A stretch of DNA of 63,908 bases, the filler included, from Craspedostauros australis (taxonomy: Eukaryota), in NCBI GenBank assembly GCA_030167865.1. It is 12 parts of 12 records of this genome, joined end to end, with 100 filler letters (N's around TTAATTAATTAA, not from the genome) between each part and the next. Parts side by side here need not be neighbours in the genome. Positions count along the whole stretch, not along the records: positions 1 to 7,347 come from JALAGF010005537.1; positions 7,448 to 17,443 come from JALAGF010005538.1; 10 more parts are not named here. One strand, written 5' to 3'. The notes beneath the pieces are model-generated. The model was given only the letters and a program-made list of their open reading frames with translations. It searched no databases and was not told the DNA's origin. Shown here piece after piece: positions 1 to 12,455 of this stretch. Position numbers and translations under genes: made by a program. Numbering within the stretch: the stretch's first letter is position 1; each line of letters opens with the position of its first letter.

Positions 1-1076
1 CGATTTGCTCGATGCAGAAGATTACGCCAAAATCAAGAGATTAATCATTAAGCGTCCCAGCCACCGCAACCCACAACTGTAACAGCGCTTGCAACAAAAC
101 GAGCAAGAGATTGAACAATTGCAACAACAGTTGGAACAGGAGGTGAAGCGGAAGCAAGAGATTGAACATTTGCAACAACAGTTGGGACAGAGATTGAAGC
201 TGAAGAAGCAAGAGAAAGAACACAAACACGGTAGCCACAAGAGGACCAACATCAGCATTGGAGAAGACCGACTCAAGTCCTTCTAACTGGGAACAGGACA
301 GATTCCGTCTTCTTGTGTGGACAGGACGACGAACAGTAACCAATCAAGGCAAACTCCGAAGTCCTAATGATCACCCTCCCATCCATTGAGATACTGATCG
401 ATATAGGAATCCAACATCACCACACGAATGATGGCACAGAAGACTACGCGGCCCCCATGCAAGCAACCGTCTCTCTTCCCAACCTCCAACCAAAACACCG
501 ATACGTCCTCCAATGCATCTGCGCAGGCGAGACATCGATTAACAACAACACTCATGACGATACTGATCCTGATAGCATGGACCAGCCACCCCACTCCTTC
601 AATGGACAGGACGATCTGCAACAGCTGATCCTTGTGGCCAACGAGTTCGGCTTCTGGCGACTCAAGCTTGTTCTTGAAGCAGAGTTGGCCTGCATGCATC
701 TCACAGAGGACACCATGATAGATGAGTTGATATTCGCCCATGAACACAACTGCGTGGTGTTGAAGGATGCGGCAATGAGAATGGCAGCTGAAAGTGAGAA
801 AGATATGTTCACTCATCCAGATTTCAGCAAACTGATTCTACAGCCCCAACTGATGGGAGCCATTCATGTCCTTTGCAGTGAGGGAATGGTGGCCGATGGA
901 GTTGATGATGGGTACGGTCGTATGTCCATGATGTAGTTGCACAAGGTTGTAGATGAAGACGAGGGTGCTGTGCAGGTGGATTCGTACATGGATCGCGTTG
1001 CGCTGTTGCGCTTCGTGCGTTCCATCACATCTTCCAGGGTGGCTGAGAGCGACGGCGCTGCCGAGGAAGAGAAATA
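1..1076 (+). pseudogene. Coiled-coil + BTB/POZ-domain pseudogene (paralog of the ANK-CC-BTB gene at 58093); 5' end outside window
   Basis: Heptad-like Q/E/K stretch (89-286), then TDSVFLCGQDDEQ*PIKANSEVLMITLPSIEILIDIGIQH...SLPNLQPKH, which aligns by eye with ADVTFLCRQGDEQQPIKANSAVLMITVPSIQTLINSGIQH...PLPNFQPKH at 59080-59290. Downstream LILVANEFGFWRLKLVLEAEL...LIFAHEHNCVVLKDAAM is BTB/BACK-like. Disrupted by a frameshift near 285, TAA at 337-339 and TAG at 934-936. Confidence 0.75.
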
Positions 1077-3037
1077 AAGCAGCAACAACAACAGCAGCAG
1101 ACTGAGGAGCAAGCATGTCATGGAATGAAGAAGATGAATTAGATGAGGAGTCAGAGTAGTACTAGTAACTATGATTCAAGCAGATGATCAGTGATCCATT
1201 CAATGCCGCGCCGCGCATGTCGAGCCATTCATTAGTTCAACCCTTTTGCTTGCATTCAGTGAAAAGACGTAGGTTGATCTGCACGTTGTGCTCGCTTTGC
1301 AATTGCTGTGCTTTGTGNTGTGGATGGTATCATGCTGCATACCAGAATCGCCAGAGCTGATGTTTTGGTCCGGATTTGTGACGCCTCAACCTGATAGGAA
1401 GATCCCATAGATGTTGGTGCGATGGTGAACTAGCGAGGAGCACGGAACGTCAGCACAGCCGAGCCTTGAGCAGATCCATTGCCAACGTCTCTNNNNNNNN
1501 NNNNNNNNNNNNNNNNNNNNNNNNNNNNNNNNNNNNNNNNNNAGTTCAACCCTTTTGCTTGCATTCAGTGAAAAGACGTAGGTTGATCTGCACGTTGTGC
1601 TCGCTTTGCAATTGCTGTGCTTTGTGGTGTGGATGGTATCATGCTGCATACCAGAATCGCCAGAGCTGATGTTTTGGTCCGGATTTGTGACGCCTCAACC
1701 TGATAGGAAGATCCCATAGATGTTGGTGCGATGGTGAACTAGCGAGGAGCACGGAACGTCAGCACAGCCGAGCCTTGAGCAGATCCATTGCCAACGTCTC
1801 TAGCTGACGTACGTATATCAGCTGATAAAGCATGCGTCCCTTCCACTCGAAATCAAGTCCAATAGTGTTGCCTGATGTCACTGCCGCACAGTTCACGCAA
1901 GCCAATTCTACCGCAACCGTCCGGGAAAGCAAAGAGTGCAGGGGGAGGATGCGAAACGCAACACATGCCCTCCGAAGGTGGAGCAGGAGCATTCATACCA
2001 ATGCACCATGCTTCGGGCAGCACGTTGGAACTTGTGCCGCGGATCTGCTGATGTTTTGATGGCTACAAGCCTTCACAACGCACTGCTGTGCCCGTCACTT
2101 GAGGGACTTCATTGGGGATGACTCGTCGGACATGTTGTATGGTACTCATGGCATCGGCTGCCTGATGTTCTCATCTCCATTGGATGTAGATTGCGGGGAA
2201 GATGTTGGTCATTTTTTGCCAATCCTCTCCTTCATCGTCGCCTGGCATGCAATGATCTCCTCCATGATAGAACTGGTGCTGGATTCATCGGCGACGGCAA
2301 TCATTGCTTTCCTAAATCCTGATCTGTGTGTGTTTTCAAACCCATGACACTTGATGAAGTGTCGAGGACGAATACTGGCGTTGGCAACTGTGAGCTTGCC
2401 ATGTGGAAGCATCCTCCATCCATGGATGCTCGACATGCAGGCACGCATGCAGAGCTTCTCCGTTTCATGCAGCTGTGTTGTATCCTGCTTTGGAGCATGT
2501 CGAGCAACCGCGGCTGCTGAAGTATTGCCGAGGATCAGCATATCTGGTTCGTGTTGCGCATCCTCGGGCTTCTTGAATCTGCGACGCCAGCTTCCGGCCA
2601 CATCCTGCGATGCCACCCTGACCATCGATTCGCGTGTCGCAGAAGCTGCCATTGATGATGCCTCTGAGCATGGTGGCATGATCTGCATCCGTGCACGTTC
2701 ACAACGTGATCATCGTGATCATCGTGACTTCATTCGTGTTGATGGAGTCGTCATGAGATTGTTGAATGCGTTGCTGGCATGCTTGCAGAAGCAATGCTGT
2801 GTTCTGCGTTTCTCCATCTCTCTGTCTCGCATCGCCTTCTCTTGATCGTGGCCGTTGCTTGCCGCCCCATCACGTCCCGTCATGCTTGGTTGCGTTCATA
2901 CCTCATCTCTTCTCTTCACTGCACTGATGGATCTCTGTCAACGCGATTGTCATGTGGTCATCATTGGCAACACCGCGCTTCATCGGCGCTCATCAATAGC
3001 AGTGGCACTTCATTCCACCTTCATCTGCCATCCTCGT

Positions 3038-3083
3038 CCCACACCACACCACACCACACCACACCACACCACACCACACCACA
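3038..3083 (+). repeat. (CACAC/ACACC)n pentanucleotide microsatellite
   Basis: About 9 tandem copies of ccaca/cacac read directly. Confidence 0.9.
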
Positions 3084-3787
3084 CGACCATGTCCATCCCT
3101 CTTCATGCCATCCCCACCACCATCGCCTTTGTCTCATCTCGTGTCTGCCATTCTGGCGAACAAGGAAGAGAAGCCACAAATTTGGTGATGTTGCGCGCCA
3201 TTTTTGTTCTTGTTTGGTCGTGTCCAAATGAGTCCCTAGCTTCCACGATCGAAGTGTGTGATCCATTCAGATGGGTCGAGAAAGGTATCCACAAAGATCC
3301 GTCACCCCCTTCAAACCGCGTCTCCAACTCCTCTCTCTTGTGCGTATCTCGTCCGAGCAACATCATTGAACCACTGGATGAAGCAGGTCCGAAGGCATCC
3401 ATCAAGCTGAAGTATTATGCGCTACCAATGCAGCAAGCGAGGCAACATCCAGCTTTGAATCAACAGATACGAAGATGGAGTTGAGTTGAGCATTCCTGTG
3501 TGATCGTAGAATTGGCCAAAACGGAATGGTGTCAAATCAGGATCTCTGCCGTCCCCATGAGCGTGGTGGACGCCTCGACCATTATCATTCGTACACTCAT
3601 GGTAGTCTCTTGTATTTAGTTCTATTGTAGGGTATTCTATTGTATTATATGTTTGTGTATGGTGAAAATTGTGTCTGTATGTCGACGGGCAGTGCAGGTA
3701 CTGCAGATGACATTCATGGTTGCGTACTCGCTCGGCGATTGGCTGCAACTGCATCTGCGACTTCAAGTCCAAGCGCAGGAAAGCAAG

Positions 3788-5114
3788 CTACTGAACCATC
3801 ATCGCTGGCAGCACCTTGTGCAGAACAGGACTGAACCATTGCTGGACGATGTCCTTCGATCCGTACCATCTCGATTCCGAGGCTTCAGATGNNNNNNNNN
3901 NNNNNNNNNNNNNNNNNNNNNNNNNNNNNNNNNNNNNNNNNTTCTGCAGCATGGAGGTGTGGTACACGTTGTCCAAGGTGATCTGGAGATTGGAACCCTC
4001 CAGGTGCGCAAGCGGGACAGGGACGATGCCATCACCGTCCTGGTGTCCTTGACCGGAAAGCAACTTGTACGATTGGTACGCAAGCATGTGATCAGCATCT
4101 GGCTGTGAGGTGATGGTGTTTGGAGAAGGGATGTGTGCTTGCTGCTGCTCGACATTCAATGCGGATCCGGCAGCAGACACGTAGAAGAGACGGTCGTTGA
4201 AGAAGGCACCTGGGAAGGTGTCNNNNNNNNNNNNNNNNNNNNNNNNNNNNNNNNNNNNNNNNNNNNNNNNNNNNNNNNNNNNNNNNNNNCCGAGCGTGAC
4301 GATTCCCAGAATGCTGTCGATGTCAATCTGCAGATCCTTGCCGTTGGTGTCATCCATTCCGTATCCGACAGCGGCTCTGTTTGTTGGAAGGAGGCGAATG
4401 ATGAATGATGAAAGATGCGTGTGATGATGCATGGAGGGAGAACGCGAGTGTTGATAGTGTGAGTGAAATGAATGGAATAGAGCAGAGTAGAGTAAAGCAC
4501 TGAAGCATGCACAGGAGCAGTCGCACAGGAGCAAAGCCGCACCAAACTCACCTTGCGAGCCAGCCACCGGCAGAGTGTCCCACCAGGATGATCTTGGCGG
4601 TCGTGCCTTCCTCCTTGGCGACATCCTGGATTCTCTTGACCTCTTTCGCCACCTTCTGAAGGTACCATCGGTACGCCCAGTTGGTTGCTGGCGCCTTGAA
4701 GGTCATGAAGTCGAGATCGCACATGCCGAATGCGATGGACTGCGCCCAATCATGTCGCTGGAGTGGCAGGACGTGGATGTGATCCATTGCGTTGGTCATA
4801 TCGTTGTCGGTGTTGCTGTTGTCGTTGCCCCACCATCCAGCGTCGATGGCTTGCTGTGCGATGTTGGGAACAAGGTCATCGACATAGTCGCTGGCTGCGG
4901 TTGCGAAGCCTGGGAGAACGAGGACGTGCGTTTGCTGTGGATTGATGTGAGTTGCCGTGGCGGCTGGTGGCGGTCCTTGTCGTGTGTGTGTGGTTGATGN
5001 NNNNNNNNNNNNNNNNGTGTTGTGTGTCACCCACGCTTGGCAGTTTGTGATGGAGTTGCACAGACACAGCAGCGTGAGTGCGATGAGTGCCGTCGTGTTG
5101 TTGTATGCTGTCAT
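3788..5114 (-). CDS. PGAP1-like alpha/beta hydrolase (esterase/lipase), 2 exons (5114-4552, 4376-3788), probably plastid-targeted; contains N gaps
   Basis: VLVLPGF oxyanion region, IILVGHSAGGWLAR nucleophile elbow (GxSxG), DGDGIVP and VYH acid/His motifs. Intron 4551-4377 has GTGAGT...CAG and joins in frame (WLAR|AAVGYG). Hydrophobic leader ends CQA|W. Confidence 0.8.
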
Positions 5115-7062
5115 TGCGGTTGCTGTTATTGTTGTTGCGGTTTGTGGAGTGGATGGGTTTGTATTTTGTGAGAGGNNNNNNNNNNNNNNNNNNNNNNNNN
5201 NNNNNNNNNNNNNNNNNNNNNNNNNGACGAAGAAGGTGCCAGCTTGCCGATTCAGGAGAGGCAACCTCCGCAATCTGTCATACAGGTTCCAGTCATGGCG
5301 GAATACATGCGAGTGCAGAGAACACAACTCCTGGAGCAGTCTCAGCCACACTTCCATCCCCAAGCATTGGTCTTGTTCGGCACACAGGAAATACAGGTGG
5401 GACCACAAGCAGCGAGCACCCGCAAAACACACAAAGTTGTGGTGTTGTCTGGTGAAAGTGAGCTTGGTGCAAACGTTTGGAAACATGAACACCGGTTTGT
5501 CATGAATTCGTTGCCACGTCCATCCTTGATGGCCAATCAGAAGCCTCTATCAGTCTTTCGTCAACACAGCTTCAGTGGTCTCACACCCAACCACGAACAA
5601 CACGTCACGAAAGACAATGTCCCTTCTCCCCACACAAAGAACAATAACAACCCGAGATGCATAGTTGGGCGTGCTGGTCGTGGATGACTTATCCTGCTCA
5701 TTCCAACTGTTAATTGGCTCTCGGAGAAAAGCCCATAAATCCACAAACATCATCATTGCGCTACAAGTACTCAAGAGAACAACAAGAACAACAAGACAAC
5801 AGGTCCTTCACGACTCAAACAGTCCACATTTTCACCAAACAAGATGGAGCAAACTGGTTGCAGAGCAACTGCAGAGAGGAGGATGGATCGCCTGCATGGT
5901 ATGCATGGCGAAGATGGTATTGGTCTGTATGATTGGATCCGTATCACCATGATGATGATGATGATGATGATGATCAGAAGCACGCGAGACGTCGCATTGC
6001 CAGCAGTCTATCAGTGTGCGGGTCTCCGTTCTCGCATTTGCAGTTGCGGATGCTGCCGCAGTCTCCCGTCACAACTGTACGTCATACTCAGACTCAAAAA
6101 GCGAGGTACACAGAATAGCTGGTCTTCAAGTGTCCCACGATTGGTGACGGTGCTCAAGCTGCTGTTCCCTGTCAATGCTCCCTCATCACGAAAGCTGCTG
6201 GACTACTGGGTTGCATGTACATGCTTCGACCATGTGTAGGTCGTCTGTGTGGATGATGAGACGTGCGCATCTGTCCGAGTATGAATACCTGTCGAGAGAA
6301 GCGGAGGAAGGATGGCACGACCAGGAGGATGTCCATGGTTCGGACTTGCAGCGCGCGAGTATCGTGCTGGTTTGTGTTGCTTGGCGTTGCCAGTGTCTGT
6401 AACTGTGTGATCGCTGACGAGCATTTCATCATCCCTCGCTCTGTCTCTGTGTGGACCAAAGGATGTGGTATGTGATTTGATTTGAATTGGGATTGGGATC
6501 ACCACACAAGACCAACCTCTGCACACTCCATGGGTGTGATTGCATCATTACTCTTGCCTCGTTCGGAAGCACATGTTGAGTGTTTGTGTGTGAACACCAA
6601 ATGTTCGCCGTTGGCGTGGACTGGTGAATGACTCGTACCGACAACCAACCAGATCGCTCCTTCACATTTCGGGATTGGTAATTGAATTTTGTTGGGAGAA
6701 GGGAGACGATAAGTAACGATTGGTCAAACTGGTGACGTTGCTGTGAATGGCGATTCTACATAGAGTATTATGACGCTAACGCCCACGAACGATGCAAATG
6801 ATGTCACGAACGAATGCAATTCACGTTGTTGCTGTGCCCGTTGTGCCCGTTGTGTTTTTGACTTGTCGTTCTTGTCCCTCTGTGCAGTCTTCTCCATTGT
6901 GGTTGTGCTCGTGAATGTGCGCAACTGTGTGTTGGTGTGGATTCTTCCGATGTCCATCCTCTCCTCACAAAATCAAAAGCGACACAACCACAACAACAAC
7001 GAAGCAAAAGAGGACAATTAGACTCCACCAAATCAACAACAAATAATACACACAACACAATC

Positions 7063-7347
7063 ATGAACAACAACAACAACAGCAAGCCAACCGCATCCAG
7101 CGTCAAGCTCTCCCTCTTCCTTGGACTCATCGTCCTCGCAGCACCATGCACCAACAACCAAGCACAGGCATTCACCACAAGACAGCCAGCATCAGCCAAC
7201 ACCCAGCTCTTCGCCACCATGTTCGAGTCCGAGCAACCATCGGCATCCCGTTTCGCATTCCTCCAGAACGCCAGACAAGCCATCGCATCCAACGTGCCAC
7301 AACAATCATTCCAGGATGCAGCCACACCTGCCGATCCTCTCTGGAGC
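7063..7347 (+). CDS. 5' end of a plastid-targeted protein of unknown function, truncated by scaffold end
   Basis: Signal peptide LSLFLGLIVLAAP, then AQA|FTT (ASAFAP-type cleavage) and a transit-like stretch ending TQLFA. Confidence 0.6.
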
Positions 7348-7391
7348 NNNNNNNNNNNNNNNNNNNNNNNNNNNNNNNNNNNNNNNNNNNN

Positions 7392-7403
7392 TTAATTAAT
7401 TAA
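7392..7403. other. Artificial scaffold-joining linker TTAATTAATTAA inside N-runs; also at 17488, 21795, 28237, 29844, 41285, 44897, 49065, 53539, 59346 and 62154
   Basis: Identical 12-mer with stops in all six frames, always flanked by N-runs. Genes and elements break abruptly at each one. Confidence 0.97.
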
Positions 7404-7450
7404 NNNNNNNNNNNNNNNNNNNNNNNNNNNNNNNNNNNNNNNNNNNNGTT

Positions 7451-7542
7451 GGATACTGTGGTATCCGCTGGTATCGCGGTATCCTGGTATTGTAGTATCG
7501 TAGTATCCTTGTGGTATCGTGGTGGTATCGTGGTGGTATCGT
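7451..7542 (+). repeat. Degenerate GTGGTATC(G)-type minisatellite
   Basis: About 10 imperfect copies of gtggtatc / gtagtatc at 8-11 bp spacing. Confidence 0.7.
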
Positions 7543-7569
7543 TGTGACGTCATTAGTTTTGGGTCGTGA

Positions 7570-8700
7570 TTCTGCCGCCAAATATTCTTGATGGCACGCA
7601 AGTGTGACTGATGCATACACATCCGAATACACACATTCCGACAATGTTGTCCATCTCGAGGTCAAGCCCAAGGGTGTCATTGCTCCCGGAAAGGGACACA
7701 ATGCATTGGAAACTCGCGCCGAACGGATCACCAATGAAATGGACCCCAGGACTGAATCTGGATCAGAAGGGACAGTCGTATGCAGGATGGCCGCTGATGC
7801 ATGCGTGGGGATGTTCGCAAGCTCTCCAAGTGGCAAAGGCATGCGCGCTGCAATCTTGCTGCAGTCACGGGATGGAGCTCGCGTTGCAGGATAGGAAGCA
7901 CAGCCGGGATGGCAACTGCATCGGGTTGATGTTCCTGAAGGACANNNNNNNNNNNNNNNNNNNNNNNNNNNNNNNNNNNNNNNNNNNNNNNNNNNNNNNN
8001 NNNNNNNNNNNNNNNNNNNNNNNNNNNNNNNNNNNNNNNNNNNNNNNNNNNNNNNNNNNNNNNNNNGCTTACTCTCTGACCTCTGTTCATGTCCATGCCT
8101 CTGCTCTTGCATTCCTCTGTTCTGCAAGCATCGGATAGGATCTTTACATCACTTCAGGTTCAACTGGTTTGGGTCAGTAGCTATCTCACAGTATCGTTCT
8201 TGTATCGAGGTACCTTTTGTCTGATACCCAGTACCTTGGTACTTCTTTAGTTTCGTTTCTCGTCGAGCTATTTGCTCGTAATGTGACCATTTCATGGTTC
8301 GTGTTGGTTCAGGATACGATTCATACGCACAACTAAGCTCGAACACGAGAGAGAGCTGTGCGGAATAAAGCATAATGCTAATAGTACAGGAGCTGCGGCC
8401 CTGGCGATCGCTCCTGAGCGTTGTAGTGAGCCTTGTCAATGGTGAAATGGGCCGTTGTTTTCACTTGGCCCGTGGATACGTTGTTCTACTCAATGTTGAA
8501 CGCTGTAGCAGTGTATCCCAGGAAAACGCCATCACGGGAGTGCTGATGCAGCTTTGCCCTTGGCTGTCCAGGTTTGCACGCAAACATCCTGGAGCCAAGA
8601 GCCCGTAGGTGTACAAGATCAGGACTCTACCATGGTAGGCCTCATGTGGCATGTGGCAACAGGCGAGTGCCATAGTCGCTTCTTCAAATACATGGAATGC
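7570..8700 (-). mobile_element. Degenerate Ty1/copia pol fragment (integrase C-terminal region plus downstream linker domain)
   Basis: Reverse-strand reading with stops and frameshifts: HMPHEAYHG.(fs)PDLVHLRALGSRMFACKPGQPRAKLHQHSRDGVFLGYTATAFNIE*NNVSTGQVKTTAHFTIDKAH is the copia post-integrase 'GxFLGY...H..FDE' region. Further downstream: GDPFGASF...TLGLDLEMD. Confidence 0.7.
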
Positions 8701-10694
8701 CNNNNNNNNNNNNNNNNNNNNNNNNNNNNNNNNNNNNNNNNNNNNNNNNNNNNNNNNNNNNGCATGCGTTAGTGGAGTAGTTTGATGGATGGCTTCATTG
8801 GTGTGTTCATGCCATGACAGTGTCTCATGGTCGTTGACAACGCTGCCAATACCAAACTGCACAGTGTTCCTCTACTCAGCACACATTGAGCATATGGTCG
8901 ATGGCCACAATGCCGTCGTTGTTGGCGACAATGTTGACCTGCGCCCCTGGTTGACTTGCTGTGGTGGACGTAATTGCCTTTGTTTTTCTTATATCTGTTG
9001 CTAACGGTGTTATTGGGGCGAATGTGTTGGTGCACTCAACACCTCTCNCCAAACGATGTGTTGGATTTGTTTGGTTTTGAGGCTTTGCGGGAGCAAAACA
9101 CTGTCTGTCCGTATGTACGTGTGCATACGTCATGACAATGAGACGAAATGATTGGACAACACAATTTTATAGTGACGTATGACGAATGTCAATGACAAAA
9201 GATGAGAACAATTTGGAAATTTAAAATTTGAAATTGAAACGTTCACATCGATCAGTAGTACAAATTACGTACAATTTTGCCATACATGAAGGAGGACGTT
9301 TTGGGAGTTGCGCGAGCCGATATTCGAAATGATCACTCTCGCTTTGGATTGATGACGACCGGATGGGCTCCGCGATTGCTTCTTCCCCAGCACACCCACT
9401 TCAATCCAGCAGACTGCATCTCATTGTATGCTTCAAAAATGATCCACTTCAGATCCTGGAGACGGTTTCTTCAACAAGGGTTGGATTGAACCACTGGGAT
9501 CGTACAATGTGAACAAGGACATTCCCGACAGTCCAACAAGGTCATCCACTGGGGTGATGATGCCAACGCCACTCTCCATCATCGCAGTGCTCTTTGAGTA
9601 GGGCATGGACTGGGCCACCACTCGTGCAGGAGCGGTTATTCCTCCCCCATGCACTATATTGAGCCAACCCAAACAAAGATGAGCGTTGGAAGAGCAGCTG
9701 AAGCACTTGGAGCAGTTGTGCACGGTGGCTGCTTTGTTTCGCGACGTTGAGTGTGTCGCAAAATTGTGTCGTCTGCCCGTGAGTACGTTTCATTCACGAA
9801 TGCTTGGCCCAAAATCGAGTTCGGGAGGGTCTCGGATCCGTGAACCAACCAGAAATGCACCGAATCAGTCTCATTGACAAAAACTTGCAATACGAGGAAC
9901 AACGCGAAAAACGCACTCACAAAGGCCCTATTAGAGATAGCTTGGCCATTTTCATGACCTCATAACTTTATAACCAAAGGCTGGACTCACTGTATAGCAC
10001 CTTTCCCTTATTACCAATGTGTTGAAGTATACATGGTTGAATTATAGTTTCTATAGGAGCCCATTTTTTCAAAATCCTGCCGTGGTCGTACGGTCATTGG
10101 CTGACGTGGGTCGTATGGTATCCAGAAAAAACAAAGCAGTTAGAGATACTCGTTGGGAGGTATTGACTTGTTTACGCCCATGTCGCCGCGTGGCTGTCTC
10201 CTTCGTTGTTCGTGTTGCGCAATCGTGGCTGTTTGCAACGTCACAAAGATGAGGGGCATCATTTTGATCCCGTCGCGGCCAACCACCAAAACGTTTGCTG
10301 AGCTGCGAAGAGAGGAAGAACAATCTCAGGAGACGGGAGAGAGGAGGACCGCCCAGCGCTCCAGGACGGGCAGTTCGTACGAGCAAGAAGAGCCACAGCA
10401 CCATCACGTCACCGCCATCGCACCAGCTGCAACCCACAAGTCCATGCCCAGGAGTCAACTCTCTCTACTCGTAGAGACAGAATAGAGTACTATAGTAGAG
10501 TAGCAGTTCGCATCATAGTTCACCGAAGAAGAGGACAGCACTCGACGAATATCCGGCGCAACAGGCACTTGTACGAGTACGCCGTTCACTGCACCTGTCA
10601 TTGCTCCTTCACCAGTAGCAGGAACAGGAAAGCACGGCAACGGCAACGGCAACAATAACAATAACAGCAACAGCGACCGACCACCGTCATGTGC

Positions 10695-12455
10695 ATGGGC
10701 GAGAAAAGCGATGCCCGTGAGAAGCGATGCGAGAGCGACACCATCAGCAACGTCAACTCTACAGATGCGGATGGCACGGTGGTCGTGAAGCGACGGCGAA
10801 AGACGGACAAGGTCGGAAGCTACGCGATTGATCGCGATGCAACATCCTCTTCGCAGTCCTCGCGGAAGCACGCACCTCCGAGTAAAGGCAAGAAGGGCAG
10901 CAAGCGCAAAAAATCCTCAGCGAAACAACGTCACGGAAAGGATGCCCCATCGGGTGGCATCGAGGCAATTTTGCCATCACTCATCGGCGTCGGCATCCTC
11001 GTCTTCAGCATCATGGCCCAGCAAGGCTTTCGCGGTCGGGCGTCTGTGGCAGGCGTGGATCTGGGAACGACGAATAGTGTGATCTGCGTGCAGCAGCAAA
11101 CCAAAGGGGTGGGAACGATCGATTGCATACCCGATCCTGCGACTAACTCGTCCATCATTCCGTCTGTTGTTTCCATTTTGGAACCTGCCGAACGCCCCGT
11201 CGGACCTTCCAGCAAGACTCCCTCCAATCTAGTCCCCCATCCCTCCGCCGTTGTCGTGGGACAACGGGCTAAGCACCGGATTGACTCGCACCCTCATCAC
11301 ACGTTGTACCATGCCAAACGAGTTTTGGGGAGAGACTTCGATGACGCCGCGGTAAAGGACTTGCAATCCGAAGTAGAATATGCCATCGTTGCCCTGCCAC
11401 CCCAATCGGAGGATCACAAAGTCGTCAACTCAAGCCCCAGTAACGGTTCACCGACCTCGATCGAGCAGGAGGTGGCATTTCGAGTTGACGACGTTCTCAT
11501 TTCCCCGCAGAATGTCGGCTCTTACGTCATCGATCATCTCATCAAAGTTACCAACGCATTCTTGGGACACGACAATGTCAAGTCGGCAGTGCTTGCCGTG
11601 CCTGCCAAGTTCGACGCCTTGCAGCGCCAGCGGACCATGGCCGCGTTTCAGAACGCTGGGGTGAAGGTCGTGCGGGTGTTGGAGGAGCCAACTGCCGCCG
11701 CTTTGGCATACGGCCTACACAAGAAGGACGGCGTCGAGAAGATCTTGGTGTATGATTTCGGCGGTGGGACGTTGGATTTGAGCATCCTGCACGTCAGTGA
11801 TGGGTTCTGCGAAGTGATCGGTAGCGACGGAGACGATCGTTTGGGCGGGGCCGACTTTGACGCTGCTGTTGCGGGCTTGCTTTCGGCCAGGCACTCGGAT
11901 GTGTTGGATCGGATCACTGCCACGAACGTGGACCCTGAAGAACTGGTGGCATCGTGCGCAAGAGTCAGGCCATCCATGCCGCTTTGCAGTGTTTCATCTT
12001 TTCATACCCTTGGAGAACGGCTCAAGATCGACCTCTCGATGGACGGAGGCAGGGCGTCGGCGCAATGCCTTGGCTTGATTGATGACAGCATGAACACGAT
12101 GGTCGATTCTGACTCTCAGATTCCAGCGCAATCGCCGTCGTCATCGTCAACGAACCGCGCCGCGGTTGGGCACGTGTGTCAAAGCCTGAAGGTGGTTGAC
12201 ATTGAGTTGACACTTGAGGATTACGACGATGCATGTGATTCGTTGTTCGGCCGCGCGATTACGCCTGCCTATCGGTTGCTGCAGGACCTGGCGCTGGAGA
12301 CAAGTGAGATTGACGAGATTGTGATGGTCGGTGGCACAACGCGGATGCCGCAAGTGAGACGACTGGTCAGTCAGGCGTTTGGGAATGCTCAACTCAACAC
12401 TCATATCGACCCTGACGTCACTGTTGCCTACGGTGCAGCATCCGTCATCGACTAA
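10695..12455 (+). CDS. Hsp70-family ATPase lacking the substrate-binding domain, with N-terminal membrane anchor (HSPA13/STCH-like)
   Basis: GVDLGTTNS, AVLAVPAKF, VLEEPTAAALAYG, VYDFGGGTLDLS, LGGADFD, VMVGGTTRMPQV and TVAYGAA motifs. The ORF stops four residues after YGAA, so there is no SBD. Hydrophobic segment ILPSLIGVGILVFSIMA precedes the NBD. Exact start uncertain. Confidence 0.85.
   Translation: MGEKSDAREKRCESDTISNVNSTDADGTVVVKRRRKTDKVGSYAIDRDATSSSQSSRKHAPPSKGKKGSKRKKSSAKQRHGKDAPSGGIEAILPSLIGVGILVFSIMAQQGFRGRASVAGVDLGTTNSVICVQQQTKGVGTIDCIPDPATNSSIIPSVVSILEPAERPVGPSSKTPSNLVPHPSAVVVGQRAKHRIDSHPHHTLYHAKRVLGRDFDDAAVKDLQSEVEYAIVALPPQSEDHKVVNSSPSNGSPTSIEQEVAFRVDDVLISPQNVGSYVIDHLIKVTNAFLGHDNVKSAVLAVPAKFDALQRQRTMAAFQNAGVKVVRVLEEPTAAALAYGLHKKDGVEKILVYDFGGGTLDLSILHVSDGFCEVIGSDGDDRLGGADFDAAVAGLLSARHSDVLDRITATNVDPEELVASCARVRPSMPLCSVSSFHTLGERLKIDLSMDGGRASAQCLGLIDDSMNTMVDSDSQIPAQSPSSSSTNRAAVGHVCQSLKVVDIELTLEDYDDACDSLFGRAITPAYRLLQDLALETSEIDEIVMVGGTTRMPQVRRLVSQAFGNAQLNTHIDPDVTVAYGAASVID

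Noticed and set aside
1233..1802. Direct repeats flanking N gaps (also 28654/29258, 34199/34887, 36140/36414, 41897/42450, 45973/46633, 50236/51055, 62646/63333)
   Set aside because: The pattern 'sequence - about 50 N - same sequence' indicates unmerged overlapping contig ends, haplotypes or collapsed TE copies, not demonstrable tandem duplications or LTR pairs.
1830..2760. Decayed minus-strand gene, possibly a Myb/SANT-like transposon accessory ORF (similar unassignable decayed ORFs at 5840-6460, 40113-40700 and 56200-56800)
   Set aside because: Frames are too broken to support any family assignment without a profile search.
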